Of a stretch of 64,000 nt of DNA, positions 51,488-60,926 are shown piece by piece (the stretch's first letter is position 1; each line of letters begins with the position of its first letter). Location of the stretch: assembly GCA_965214745.1 (NCBI GenBank), contig OZ243978.1, positions 2,807,554-2,871,553 on the forward strand, read 5' to 3'. The notes beneath the pieces were generated by a model. It did no database searches and was not told the origin of the DNA. It worked only from the letters and a program-made list of their open reading frames with translations. Both the position numbers and the translations under genes were made by a program. This DNA is from Dehalococcoidia bacterium (GTDB lineage Bacteria; Chloroflexota; Dehalococcoidia; Lucifugimonadales; UBA1123).

Positions 51488-52519
51488 TCACCAAGACGGA
51501 TCCAAGTCTTCCGCGTCGTTCCTAGTTACGCGGCGCTGCTCCGCGCCGTCGGGCTTCATTATGAAGATGTCCGCGTCGCCGTCGAGGCGGCTTACGAAGG
51601 CTATATCCTTGCCGGTGGGCGACCACGTAGGCTGAATATCGTCTACTTTGTTGGATGTGAGGCGCTTCATGTTGGAGCCGTCGCGCCCGACTACGTATAT
51701 CTCCGGGTTGCCGTCCTGATCAGAAACGAACGCTATGAGCCTGCCGTTCGGAGACCACGCTATATCGAACACGTCGCCGCTCGTTTCGGTTACGCGCCGC
51801 TTGTCCGCGCCGTCCGCGTTCATGACGAACACGTCGGATCCGCCGTCCACTTCGGATACGAACGCTATCTGCCTCGAGTTGGGCGAAAAGCGCGGCTCGG
51901 AGTCCGCGCCGTCGCTAAGCCGATACTCGTTCACCCCGTCTGGGCTGGCGACGTATATGCCGCTCCAATCGTCTTCCAGCGCCGAGAACGCAATCGCGCT
52001 GCCGGTCTTCGCCCAGCTTCCAATGTCCAAGCCCGCTATGGACGTGAGGTTTGCGGACTCCGCGCCGTCGGCGCGCGTCGTGATTGCGATGGACTCTTCC
52101 GCGTTCTCCACCAGAAGCGCTAGGCGGCGGCTGTCGGGGCTCCAGATGTGGCTAACGACGTCGCGTTCCGCCTCGTAAGCTCGAACTCGGTTCTCGCCTC
52201 TCGCGTCTATCACGTCCACCGACACCCCACCGCCGCTGTCGGAGTCCGACAAGAAGGCGATTAGCCTGCGGTTTGGCGAGACGACTGGGGATCGCTCGTC
52301 CTGCGGCGACTTGGTGAGGTTCAGCGTGTTTTCGCCCGACCTGTCCGTGGCGAATATGTCGAAGCTGCCCGCCGCGTCCGATCTGTATATGATAGGCGCG
52401 GACTCTGCGGAAGAGCATCCAGCGGCGAGCGTGACTAGCGCGATCGTCAGGACGGCGAGCGGCGTCAGAGCGCGCCGTTTTGGAACGCATGCGGTTTCGA
52501 TGCTGAGCGGATTTCGCAC
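51488..52519 (-). CDS. TolB-like PD40 beta-propeller lipoprotein
   Basis: Lipobox LAAGCSS. Repeated PD40 blades (P.WSP(D/N)G..IAF.S...G..D(I/V)). GTG 52519 is preceded by AAGGAGG at 9 nt. Confidence 0.75.
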   Translation of the reverse strand: MRNPLSIETACVPKRRALTPLAVLTIALVTLAAGCSSAESAPIIYRSDAAGSFDIFATDRSGENTLNLTKSPQDERSPVVSPNRRLIAFLSDSDSGGGVSVDVIDARGENRVRAYEAERDVVSHIWSPDSRRLALLVENAEESIAITTRADGAESANLTSIAGLDIGSWAKTGSAIAFSALEDDWSGIYVASPDGVNEYRLSDGADSEPRFSPNSRQIAFVSEVDGGSDVFVMNADGADKRRVTETSGDVFDIAWSPNGRLIAFVSDQDGNPEIYVVGRDGSNMKRLTSNKVDDIQPTWSPTGKDIAFVSRLDGDADIFIMKPDGAEQRRVTRNDAEDLDPSW

Positions 52520-52757
52520 GCCGAATATCCTCCTTCGCGCGCCTGCGCTATCGCAGCCGCCCATCCGATCGAGCGGGCGGCACAAGCCAATATACCATTG
52601 CGAGCGAGCGCGGGCGTAGGAAGCCGCGCGGTTCGGTCTGCGATTTCGGCGAGAGCGCTTCCCCCGCCCCGCTCCCCTCGCCGCCTCGCATCCCGCCTGC
52701 GGCGGAATGACGATTTGGCGCTGTGGGCGCAGCCACTAGCGAGTTGGCGACAATGCT

Positions 52758-52765
52758 GATATAAT
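52758..52765 (+). promoter_or_regulatory. Extended -10 promoter element TGATATAAT upstream of nusA
   Basis: TG-N-TATAAT at 52757-52765. No good -35. About 130 nt upstream of the nusA GTG. Confidence 0.45.
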
Positions 52766-52817
52766 CTGGGAGAAAGTCAATCGGCGCTGAGGCGTCTTTT
52801 TATGAGGCGTCCGTTGG

Positions 52818-52844
52818 AAGTGGGCAATGCCCACTTTGTTTGTT
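52818..52844 (+). terminator. Intrinsic-terminator-like hairpin in the nusA leader (candidate attenuator)
   Basis: AAGTGGGC-AAT-GCCCACTT followed by TGTTTGTT. It lies inside a 14-codon uORF (52802-52846, MRRPLEVGNAHFVC) that has GAGG 9 nt upstream. Confidence 0.5.
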
Positions 52845-52891
52845 AATTGGCATAGACGATACAGGCGAACGCTCCGGGAGGTGGCTAGACA

Positions 52892-54592
52892 GTGAAAAGC
52901 GAATTTCTCATTGCGCTGACTCAGCTGGCGGCCGAGCGCAACCTGCCGCGCGAAGTGGTGCTTTCCGCCATCGAGGCGGCGCTCATTTCAGCGTACCGCA
53001 AGGATGCGGAAACTAGCGGACAGAACATATCCGTCAAGCTGGACCCCAGCAGCGGAGAGATTACCGCCTACATCCTCAAGACCGTCGTCGAAGAGGTGAT
53101 CGACGAGGTAACCGAGATCTCGCTCGTAGAAGCGCGCGCGAAATACCCCAACGCGCATCTGGATCAGGTCATCGCAACCGAGCGCATGCCGCGGAGCGCG
53201 GGGCGCATCGCGGCGCAGACGGCTAAGCAGGTAGTGCTTCAGCGCCTGCGCGAAGCCGAGCGCGATCTGGTCTATCAGGAGTTCGTCGAGAGAGTCGGCG
53301 AGGTGTTCTCGGTAACCGTCCAGCGCGTAGAGCCGCGCCACATCGTGGTGGACTTGGCGCGCGGCGAAGCCATCCTGCCCATATCGGAACAGATGCCCAA
53401 CGAGCGCTACCGGCAGGGGCAGAAGTTCAAGGTGCTGCTCCGCTCAGTCGATCGCACCGCGCGAGGCACTGAGATAATCGTCTCCCGAGCCGATCGAGAC
53501 CTGCTCCGCCGCCTGTTCGAAATGGAAGTGCCGGAGATATTCAACGGCGCGGTCGAGATGGTCGCCGTGGCGCGCGAAGCCGGCTCCAGAAGCAAGGTAG
53601 CCGTCCGCGCCAGACAAGACGGCGTGGACCCCGTCGGCTCGTGCGTCGGGCTGCGAGGCGTCAGAATCCAAAACATCGTCAACGAGCTTCAGAACGAGAA
53701 GGTGGACGTTCTAGAGTGGCACCGCGACACCGCTAGGTTCATCGCCAACAGCCTCAACCCCGCGCAGGTGCTTCGCGTGGAGCTAGACCCGTACACCGAG
53801 ACGGCTATCGCGGTGGTGCCGGACAATCATCTGTCGCTCGCCATCGGCAAAGAGGGGCAAAACGCGCGGCTGGCGGCGAAGCTGACTGGCTGGAACGTGG
53901 ACATCAAGAGTTCCGCCGAAGCCGAGGCGCTGGCGCTGGAACGCGCCCGACTCGCGGCTGAGCGGGCTGCGGAAGAGGCGCGCAGGAGAGAGGAAGAGGC
54001 GCGAATCGCGGCCGAAGAGGAAGCTGCGGCAGCCGTCGCAGCCGCCGAAGAAGTCGTCGCCGCGTCCAAGCCATCCCCTGCCGAGGAAGCGGAGCCGGAT
54101 AGCGAGCAGACGCCGGAAGAGGCGCCCGCCATTCCCGACCCGGTCGCCGCTCAGCTCGAAGCGGAGCGCGTCGCAGCCGAGATTGCGCGGCGCGAGGCGG
54201 CGGAAGAAGCGGAGTTGCTCGCACAACTCGAACGCGAAGAAGCCGAACGGCGCGAACGCGAAGAGCGCGAAGCGGCGGAAGAAGCGGAGTTGCTCGCACA
54301 ACTCGAACGCGAAGAAGCCGAACGGCGCGAACGCGAAGAGCGCGAAGCGGCGGAAGCCGCCGCCGCGCCCGAACTGACGTCGCTGCGAGACCTGCCCGAA
54401 CACGTGTGGGCTATCCCCACCGCGCGCGGACAGTCCGAGCCGAGCCGGATTCGGTTCGCCGAAGACATAGACGGTCTGCGAGGCGGCGTTACCGTGCGGA
54501 GGTCGAGACGATCCGGCGGCGCGGACGGCGCGCCTCCGACTCCGACTCGCGGACGGCGACGGCGCGGCAGATCGGTCAGGAGACGACGCTAG
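52892..54592 (+). CDS. nusA: Transcription termination/antitermination factor NusA with a tail of about 220 aa, E/A/R-rich and ending Arg-rich
   Basis: NusA N-terminal, S1 and two KH domains (to about residue 345), then a low-complexity tail ending RRSRRSGG...RGRRRRGRSVRRRR. GTG start with GGGAGG SD. Confidence 0.9.
   Translation: MKSEFLIALTQLAAERNLPREVVLSAIEAALISAYRKDAETSGQNISVKLDPSSGEITAYILKTVVEEVIDEVTEISLVEARAKYPNAHLDQVIATERMPRSAGRIAAQTAKQVVLQRLREAERDLVYQEFVERVGEVFSVTVQRVEPRHIVVDLARGEAILPISEQMPNERYRQGQKFKVLLRSVDRTARGTEIIVSRADRDLLRRLFEMEVPEIFNGAVEMVAVAREAGSRSKVAVRARQDGVDPVGSCVGLRGVRIQNIVNELQNEKVDVLEWHRDTARFIANSLNPAQVLRVELDPYTETAIAVVPDNHLSLAIGKEGQNARLAAKLTGWNVDIKSSAEAEALALERARLAAERAAEEARRREEEARIAAEEEAAAAVAAAEEVVAASKPSPAEEAEPDSEQTPEEAPAIPDPVAAQLEAERVAAEIARREAAEEAELLAQLEREEAERREREEREAAEEAELLAQLEREEAERREREEREAAEAAAAPELTSLRDLPEHVWAIPTARGQSEPSRIRFAEDIDGLRGGVTVRRSRRSGGADGAPPTPTRGRRRRGRSVRRRR
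54197..54356 (+). repeat. Perfect 75-bp tandem duplication (2.1 copies) inside the nusA tail
   Basis: The unit GCGGCGGAAGAAGCGGAGTTGCTCGCACAACTCGAACGCGAAGAAGCCGAACGGCGCGAACGCGAAGAGCGCGAA starts at 54197 and 54272. It encodes AAEEAELLAQLEREEAERREREERE twice. Confidence 0.9.
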
Positions 54593-54635
54593 CCCGCCGT
54601 CGCGGGCGGACGGCTGCGGAAGAAGAGGCGCGCGC

Positions 54636-54917
54636 GTGGCGAAGAAGCGCAGACATACGCCTATGCGAAGTTGCGTATCCTGCGGCGCGAAAGCCGCCAA
54701 GCGCGAGTTGCTCAGGGTGGTTTCGCCGCCGCAAGGCGCGGTGAGCGTGGACACCGGCGGACGGCTCGACGGGCGCGGCGCGTACCTGTGCGAGCGCTGC
54801 CGCAAAGCGCCGAAAGCGCTGCGGCGCGGACGGCTCGAATACTCGCTTAGAACGAAGATAGCAGAAGACGACTGGCATGCGCTGCTGAAAGCGCTGAGCG
54901 ATGATATAGACGGCTAA
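54636..54917 (+). CDS. ylxR: YlxR/DUF448 RNA-binding protein
   Basis: RSCVSCGAKAAKRELLRVV...GRGAYLCE motif. Canonical position between nusA and infB. Confidence 0.85.
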   Translation: MAKKRRHTPMRSCVSCGAKAAKRELLRVVSPPQGAVSVDTGGRLDGRGAYLCERCRKAPKALRRGRLEYSLRTKIAEDDWHALLKALSDDIDG

Positions 54918-54945
54918 CGGGAAAGAACGGAGGCGAACGCGGCAT

Positions 54946-56778
54946 ATGACGATGAATCGAGCGCAAACCGAAACTAGAGAACACAGCTTGGAAGAGATCT
55001 CCACCGCCATCAGGCTTCAAGGTCTCGAACCGCTGGACCTGCCGCCCGCCGTAACGGTGGCGGACCTAGCCGCCGTGATGGAAGTGGGGCCTGTCGAGGT
55101 CATCAAAGAGCTGATGCGAAGCGGCCACATGTTCACCATCAACGACGTGATAGAGCATGACATGGCGTCCGTAGTCGCGCCCAGCTTCGGGTGGGGCGTA
55201 CTTCCGCTAAACGCCGAATCGTCCGCCGACAGCGGCTCCACGTCGCTCGTGTTCTCAGCGGAGGAGGAAGAGGATCAAGACGCGCTCCGCCCGCGCCCGC
55301 CGGTGGTCGTCATTCTAGGACACGTGGATCACGGCAAGACTACGCTGCTGGACACGATACGCAGCGCGAACGTGGTCGAAGGCGAGGCGGGCGGCATCAC
55401 CCAGCACATCGGCGCGTACCAGATAGACCACGACGACACAACCATCACGTTCATAGACACGCCCGGACACGAGGCGTTCACCGCCATGCGAGCGCGCGGC
55501 GCGCAGGTTACGGACATCGCCATTCTGATAGTAGCCGCCGACGATGGCATCATGCCGCAAACTATCGAGGCGATAGACCACGCGCGCGCGGCCGAGGTGC
55601 CCATCGTAGTCGCAATCAACAAGACAGACCTGCCCAACTCCGATCAGGAGCGCGTCAAGCGGCAGCTCGCCGAAAACAACCTGCTCATCGAAGAGTGGGG
55701 CGGCGACATCATATGCGTTCCAGTGTCCGCGCTGCGCGGCGACGGCATAGACGAGCTGCTGGAAAACATCATCGTGCTTTCCGAGATAAGCGAGTTTCAG
55801 GCGAATCCGGAGCGATACGGGCTAGGGGTAGTCATAGACGCGCGCCGCGACAAGAGCCGAGGGAGCGTCGTAACGCTGCTGATTCAGACGGGAACGCTCG
55901 AAGTCGGCGACAGCATCGTAGTCGGAGCGACGCGCGGCAAGATACGCGCGATGTTCGACCACGAAGGCAACCGCATCGAAAGCGCGGGACCATCCGCGCC
56001 CGTCGAGATACTGGGGCTGAGCGGCTTGCCAGACCCGGGAGAGCTGTTCGAGGCGGCTGAGAACGAACGCGAGGCGCGCCAGATAGCTACGGAGAACGAG
56101 CGCGAGGCGCAGATCGAGCGCAGCGCGGGACCCACGCTGGAAGACGTCCACACGCGCATACAGATGGGCGAGGTCAAAGCGCTCAATCTCATCGTCAAGA
56201 CAGACGTTCAAGGCACCGTCGAGCCGGTTCGCGGCGCGCTCGAGCGGCTCAACACCCAAGCCACCCGCGTCAACATCGTCCACATAGCCAGCGGCGGCAT
56301 CACCGAGAGCGACATCTTGCTAGCCGTAGCCTCGAAGGCGATCATCATCGGGTTCGGCAGCCCGCCCGAGCAGGGCGCGAGCGCGCTCGCCAAGCAAGAG
56401 GGCGTAGAGATACGCAGCTACGACGTCATCTACCACATGACCGAAGACATAGAGCGGGCGCTGACGGGGATGCTGGAGCCGGTGTTCAGGGACGTTCTGG
56501 AGGGACGCGCGGCGGTTCGCGCGGTATTCAACCTCGGCAGGCGCGCGAAAGCGGCGGGCATCTACGTCAACGACGGACGCATAGCGCGCGGCGCAACCCT
56601 ACGAGTCACGCGCGGCGGACGGAAGATAGCCGAAGGCGAAATCGCCAGCCTGAGACACTTCCAAAACGACGTGCGCGAGATAGTCAACGGGCTGGAAGGC
56701 GGCGTAACCATAGACGGCTTCGACGATTGGCAGGAAGAAGACCTAATCGAAGCGTACCGCTCCGAACAGGTTAGCTGA
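54946..56778 (+). CDS. infB: Translation initiation factor IF-2 (short N-terminus)
   Basis: G-domain [29 protein letters not shown]-terminal domains present. Confidence 0.95.
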   Translation: MTMNRAQTETREHSLEEISTAIRLQGLEPLDLPPAVTVADLAAVMEVGPVEVIKELMRSGHMFTINDVIEHDMASVVAPSFGWGVLPLNAESSADSGSTSLVFSAEEEEDQDALRPRPPVVVILGHVDHGKTTLLDTIRSANVVEGEAGGITQHIGAYQIDHDDTTITFIDTPGHEAFTAMRARGAQVTDIAILIVAADDGIMPQTIEAIDHARAAEVPIVVAINKTDLPNSDQERVKRQLAENNLLIEEWGGDIICVPVSALRGDGIDELLENIIVLSEISEFQANPERYGLGVVIDARRDKSRGSVVTLLIQTGTLEVGDSIVVGATRGKIRAMFDHEGNRIESAGPSAPVEILGLSGLPDPGELFEAAENEREARQIATENEREAQIERSAGPTLEDVHTRIQMGEVKALNLIVKTDVQGTVEPVRGALERLNTQATRVNIVHIASGGITESDILLAVASKAIIIGFGSPPEQGASALAKQEGVEIRSYDVIYHMTEDIERALTGMLEPVFRDVLEGRAAVRAVFNLGRRAKAAGIYVNDGRIARGATLRVTRGGRKIAEGEIASLRHFQNDVREIVNGLEGGVTIDGFDDWQEEDLIEAYRSEQVS

Positions 56779-56789
56779 GCTTACAACGC

Positions 56790-57167
56790 ATGACCTCCAG
56801 ACGAACAGAGCGGCTCAACTCGATAATCCGTCGCGACCTCAGCGACCTGATACGCAACGAGGTCGGAGACCCGCGCGCCGCCGGAGTCGTCAGCGTTACG
56901 CACGTGGAGACGTCCCCGGACGTTCAGCACGCGCGCGTGTACGTGAGCGTGTACGGCAGCCTGCGCGAGAAGGAAGACGCCGTAGCCGCCCTCAGCGACG
57001 CCGCGCGCTTCCTGCGCCGACAGCTGCGCGCGCGCATCCACACGCGGCAGGTGCCAGAGCTGCGGTTCATCCTCGACGAGTCGCTGGACGAGGGCAACGA
57101 GATGCTCCGCTTGCTAGACAGCATCGCCGAACAACTCCCGCCGGAAGAGGGCGCGCCCCCATCATGA
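56790..57167 (+). CDS. rbfA: Ribosome-binding factor A
   Basis: RTERLNSIIRRDLSDLI...VTHVETSPDVQHARVYVS is the typical RbfA pattern. Confidence 0.9.
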   Translation: MTSRRTERLNSIIRRDLSDLIRNEVGDPRAAGVVSVTHVETSPDVQHARVYVSVYGSLREKEDAVAALSDAARFLRRQLRARIHTRQVPELRFILDESLDEGNEMLRLLDSIAEQLPPEEGAPPS

Positions 57168-58093
57168 CAGGCGCGTCCGCGCGAGCCGAATCCGCCATGA
57201 TGGGAATTCTCAACATAGACAAGCCCTACGGCATGACGTCCATGGACGTTACCCGGCGGATAAAGCGCGCCGCCGGACTGAGGCGCGGCGTCGGACACGC
57301 CGGCACGCTGGACCCAATCGCCACGGGCGTTCTGCCCATCTGCGTCGGGCGCGCCACCCGCGTGATAGAGTACCTAGTGGACGACTCCAAAGAGTACGTC
57401 GCCGGGATCGCGCTGGGCATCGCCACCGACACCTACGACGCGCTGGGCGAGACGACAGCCGAGCGAGACGCCTCCGCCATCACGCGCGAGCGGTTCGAGG
57501 CGGCGCTGGAAGCGTTTCGCGGCGAAATACTGCAAACGCCGCCGATGCACAGCGCCATCAAGCGGCAGGGCAAGCGGCTGTACGAGCTGGCGAGAGCCGG
57601 CGTCGAAGTGGAGCGGGAAGCTAGAGCCGTAGTCGTTCACCATCTGGCGCTGACCGATTGGCGTCCGCCGCTGGCGACGGTGGAGATAACCTGCGGCAAG
57701 GGGTTCTACGTCCGCTCTCTCGCCCACGACTTGGGAGAGGCGCTCGGATGCGGCGCGCACATGCGCTCGCTATCGCGCCGCCGCGCGGGCGCCTTCCACA
57801 TAGACGACGCGATTGGGCTGGATGACGCCGTGGAGCGCATAGAGCGGAACGACTTGAGCGCCGCGCTCCACCCGCCCGACGCGGCGCTGGCGTCGATGCC
57901 CTCCATGGTTCTCGACGACGAGCGCGCCGCCGCGTTCCGAAACGGCAGACCGCTGCCGCCGGACGCCTCCCCCAACGCGCCGAGCGACGGGCAGAGCTGC
58001 CGAGCTTACGGCGCGGACGGCGCGTTTCTCGGCATAGCGCGCTACGACGCCGCGCGACGCCGCTGGCTGCCGCGCAAGGTGTTCGCGCGATAG
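57164..58093 (+). CDS. truB: tRNA pseudouridine(55) synthase
   Basis: GILNIDKPYGMTS...VGHAGTLDPIATGVLPI (catalytic Asp). ATGA overlap with rbfA. ATG 57197 or 57200 are possible alternative starts. Confidence 0.9.
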   Translation: MTGASARAESAMMGILNIDKPYGMTSMDVTRRIKRAAGLRRGVGHAGTLDPIATGVLPICVGRATRVIEYLVDDSKEYVAGIALGIATDTYDALGETTAERDASAITRERFEAALEAFRGEILQTPPMHSAIKRQGKRLYELARAGVEVEREARAVVVHHLALTDWRPPLATVEITCGKGFYVRSLAHDLGEALGCGAHMRSLSRRRAGAFHIDDAIGLDDAVERIERNDLSAALHPPDAALASMPSMVLDDERAAAFRNGRPLPPDASPNAPSDGQSCRAYGADGAFLGIARYDAARRRWLPRKVFAR

Positions 58094-58231
58094 CGGCAAT
58101 GGTCGCTTGCAAGCCGCCGCTATAGACAATAGCGGGTCGTTCAGACATTCACGCATCGCGCCCCTCGAACAAGGCGCTCGCGCCGCGGCAGCCAAGCGGC
58201 GGCGGAGCTTCTCTGCTATACTGCGCCTATC

Positions 58232-59134
58232 ATGCCCCCGTTGCTGGAAGCCAGAGACCTCACCAAGCGCTACGGCGACGCCACCGCGCTGGAGAACGCG
58301 AGTTTCGAGATAGGCGCGGGCATTACCGGGCTTCTAGGCCCCAACGGCGCGGGCAAAAGCACCGCGATGAAGCTGTTTCTCGGCATACTCGCGCCCACGT
58401 CTGGCGAGGCGCTCGTGATGGGGGAATCGCCACACAAGAACGCGGGAGCGCGCGCGCCGCTGGGGTACATGCCCGAACATGACTGCCTGCCGCCGCGCCT
58501 TGCCGCCGCCGAGTTCGTGTCGCACATGGCGCAGATTAGCGGCTTGCCGCCCACAGCCGCGCGAACGCGCGCCGCCGACACGCTCCGACACGTCGGATTG
58601 GACGAGGAACGATACCGCGCCATCGGCGAATACTCCACCGGCATGATCCAGCGCGTCAAGCTCGCGCAAGCGCTCGTTCACGACCCAGCGATAGCGCTGC
58701 TCGACGAGCCGACCGCCGGGCTGGACCCGGCCGGACGCGCGGAGATGCTCGATCTCATCAGCCGCACCGCGCGCGAGTTCGGAATCAGCGTAGTCCTGTC
58801 CACCCACCTAATGGCGGACGTGGAGACTACCTGCGACCGCATCATCGTGCTGGAAAGCGGGCGGGTAGCCGAATCGGGAGACGTGGCGGGCTTCACCGCC
58901 GAGAGCGAGACGATATACGTGGACGTGGACGGCGACGCGAGCGCGCTCATAGCGTCGCTCAGATCGCGCGGGCTTGCCGCGGACATGGACGGCGTATCCA
59001 TCGCAGTGAGCGGCGTCGGCGACGCCGAGTACGACCACATCCGCGACGCGCTCGCCGAAACCGGGGCGCGCCTGCGGCGGCTTGGACCGCGCCGACGTCG
59101 GCTGACCGAGATATTCAGGAACAGCGGCGCATGA
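58232..59134 (+). CDS. ABC transporter ATP-binding protein
   Basis: Walker A GPNGAGKST, signature YSTGMIQR, Walker B ALLDEPTAGLD. Confidence 0.9.
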   Translation: MPPLLEARDLTKRYGDATALENASFEIGAGITGLLGPNGAGKSTAMKLFLGILAPTSGEALVMGESPHKNAGARAPLGYMPEHDCLPPRLAAAEFVSHMAQISGLPPTAARTRAADTLRHVGLDEERYRAIGEYSTGMIQRVKLAQALVHDPAIALLDEPTAGLDPAGRAEMLDLISRTAREFGISVVLSTHLMADVETTCDRIIVLESGRVAESGDVAGFTAESETIYVDVDGDASALIASLRSRGLAADMDGVSIAVSGVGDAEYDHIRDALAETGARLRRLGPRRRRLTEIFRNSGA

Positions 59135-60006
59135 ACGAAGCCGAAGGGCAGGTATTCGATCTCGGCTACCGCCCATACGACGGACCGCGCGAGGGACGCG
59201 CCCGCGCGCTGCGGGCGCTGTTCGCGAACGGGGTTCGCAGCGCGTTCGGCTTAGGGCGCGGCGCGTGGGCTAAGGTCTTGCCCGCACTCTTCCTGCTTTG
59301 GATGATGGCTCCGGCGGCAGCGCTTGCCGCGCTGACAGGCTTGTTCGGCGAAACGCTCATGGAGATTGCCGACCTGCCCGGGCCCGAGGACTACTACGGC
59401 TTCGTCTCAGGCGGGATGCTGATATTCGCGGCGCTGATAGCGCCGGAGCTGCTATGCCCAGACCGCCGCGACGGGGTAATCAGCCTGTATCTGGTTCGCC
59501 CGATAACCACGCTCGACTACCTGCTAAGCAGGTGGCTGGCGTTCTTCTCGGTAAGCCTCGCGTGCATCTACGCCGGGCAAACTCTGCTCTTGGCGGGGCT
59601 TGCGCTGGGCGCGGACTCGATTACCGAACACCTGCGCGAGAATTGGCTGGACATCCCCCGCAGCTTGGGCGCGGGCGCGGCGATAGCCGTGTTCGCCGCA
59701 GCCATCCCGCTAGCCGCCGCGTCGCTTACGGACAGGCGCGCGTATGCAATCGTCGGGGCTATCGGCTTGTTCACCGCAACATCCATCGCGGCGGGGATTC
59801 TGGGAAACATAGACAGCGTGGAGCGGTGGGCGAGCCTAATAAACATCGGCGGCGTTCCGCTAATGGTGAACGACATCATCTTCGGCGTGTACGAAGACGC
59901 CTCTGAGCCGCGCCCGCCCATGCCGCTGACTGCGGCATGGTACGCGGCGATAGCGGCGGGCGCGGCGCTGCTGATGTGGAGCCGATACAGGAAGTTGACG
60001 ACGTGA
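59131..60006 (+). CDS. ABC-2-type transporter permease (putative)
   Basis: Six predicted hydrophobic segments. Translationally coupled to both flanking ATPase genes. Confidence 0.6.
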   Translation: MNEAEGQVFDLGYRPYDGPREGRARALRALFANGVRSAFGLGRGAWAKVLPALFLLWMMAPAAALAALTGLFGETLMEIADLPGPEDYYGFVSGGMLIFAALIAPELLCPDRRDGVISLYLVRPITTLDYLLSRWLAFFSVSLACIYAGQTLLLAGLALGADSITEHLRENWLDIPRSLGAGAAIAVFAAAIPLAAASLTDRRAYAIVGAIGLFTATSIAAGILGNIDSVERWASLINIGGVPLMVNDIIFGVYEDASEPRPPMPLTAAWYAAIAAGAALLMWSRYRKLTT

Positions 60007-60926
60007 GCGCGGCGCCAGTCATACAGGTCTCGGAGGCGTCCAAGTGGTTCGGCAGCGTCGTCGCGGTGAACGACGTCTCGCTGGAGGTGGGGCCCGGCAT
60101 AACCGGACTGCTAGGCCCCAACGGGGCGGGCAAGACGACGCTGCTGTACATGATTGCCGGCCTGACAGCCTGCTCCAAGGGCGAGGCGACTATCTTCGGA
60201 GAGCCGGTTCGAGACAACCCGAAGCTGTATGGGCGCGTCGGCTTCCTGCCGGAGCAAGAGACGGTCTATCCGTTTCTAACCGGGCGGCAGTTCGTAGAGA
60301 TGTCCGCCAAGCTGCACGGCATGGAGTCTGCGGCGGACGCGGCAGGCAGAGCCATCGCCACCGTCGGGCTGGAGGACGCTCAGCACAGGCGCATGGGCGA
60401 CTACTCGCGCGGGATGAAGCAGCGAATGCGGCTCGCGGCGAGCTTGGCGCACGATCCGCAGGTCATCATTCTGGACGAACCGCTCAACGGCGCTGACCCG
60501 CGACAGCGGCTCGCGTTCCAAGACGCGATGAATGCGCTGGCGCGCGAGGGGCGGACGATTCTCATATCGTCGCACATACTCGAAGAGGTGGAGACTATCG
60601 CGGAACGCATCCTGCTGATGATAAGCGGCAAGCTGGCGGCGAGCGGAGACTTCCGAGCCATCCGCGCGCGGCTCGACGAACACGCCTACCAACTGCGCGT
60701 CGTCGTAGACTCGCCGCGCGCGATGGCCGCCGCCATAGTGGGCATGGACTCGGTGGACTCGGTAAGCGTCGAGGAAGACGGCGCGGTAATCGCGCACAGC
60801 CGCGACATAGCAGAGCTGCAAACGGCTATCCCCCAGCTGGCGGCGCGAAACGGCATTCGGCTGACCCGCCTAGAGCTGTTGGACGAGTCTTTGGAAAGCC
60901 TGTTCCAGTACATGGTCGAACGTTAG
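60003..60926 (+). CDS. ABC transporter ATP-binding protein
   Basis: Walker A GPNGAGKTT, signature YSRGMKQR, Walker B IILDEPLNGAD. The GTG 60003 start overlaps the upstream stop (GTGA). Confidence 0.88.
   Translation: MSAAPVIQVSEASKWFGSVVAVNDVSLEVGPGITGLLGPNGAGKTTLLYMIAGLTACSKGEATIFGEPVRDNPKLYGRVGFLPEQETVYPFLTGRQFVEMSAKLHGMESAADAAGRAIATVGLEDAQHRRMGDYSRGMKQRMRLAASLAHDPQVIILDEPLNGADPRQRLAFQDAMNALAREGRTILISSHILEEVETIAERILLMISGKLAASGDFRAIRARLDEHAYQLRVVVDSPRAMAAAIVGMDSVDSVSVEEDGAVIAHSRDIAELQTAIPQLAARNGIRLTRLELLDESLESLFQYMVER

Noticed and set aside
54183-54377. Small ORFs on both strands inside the nusA tail repeat (for example 54183-54377 on plus and 54151-54468 on minus)
   Set aside because: They are alternative-frame readings of the GAA/GCG-rich repeat that clearly belongs to the nusA reading frame.
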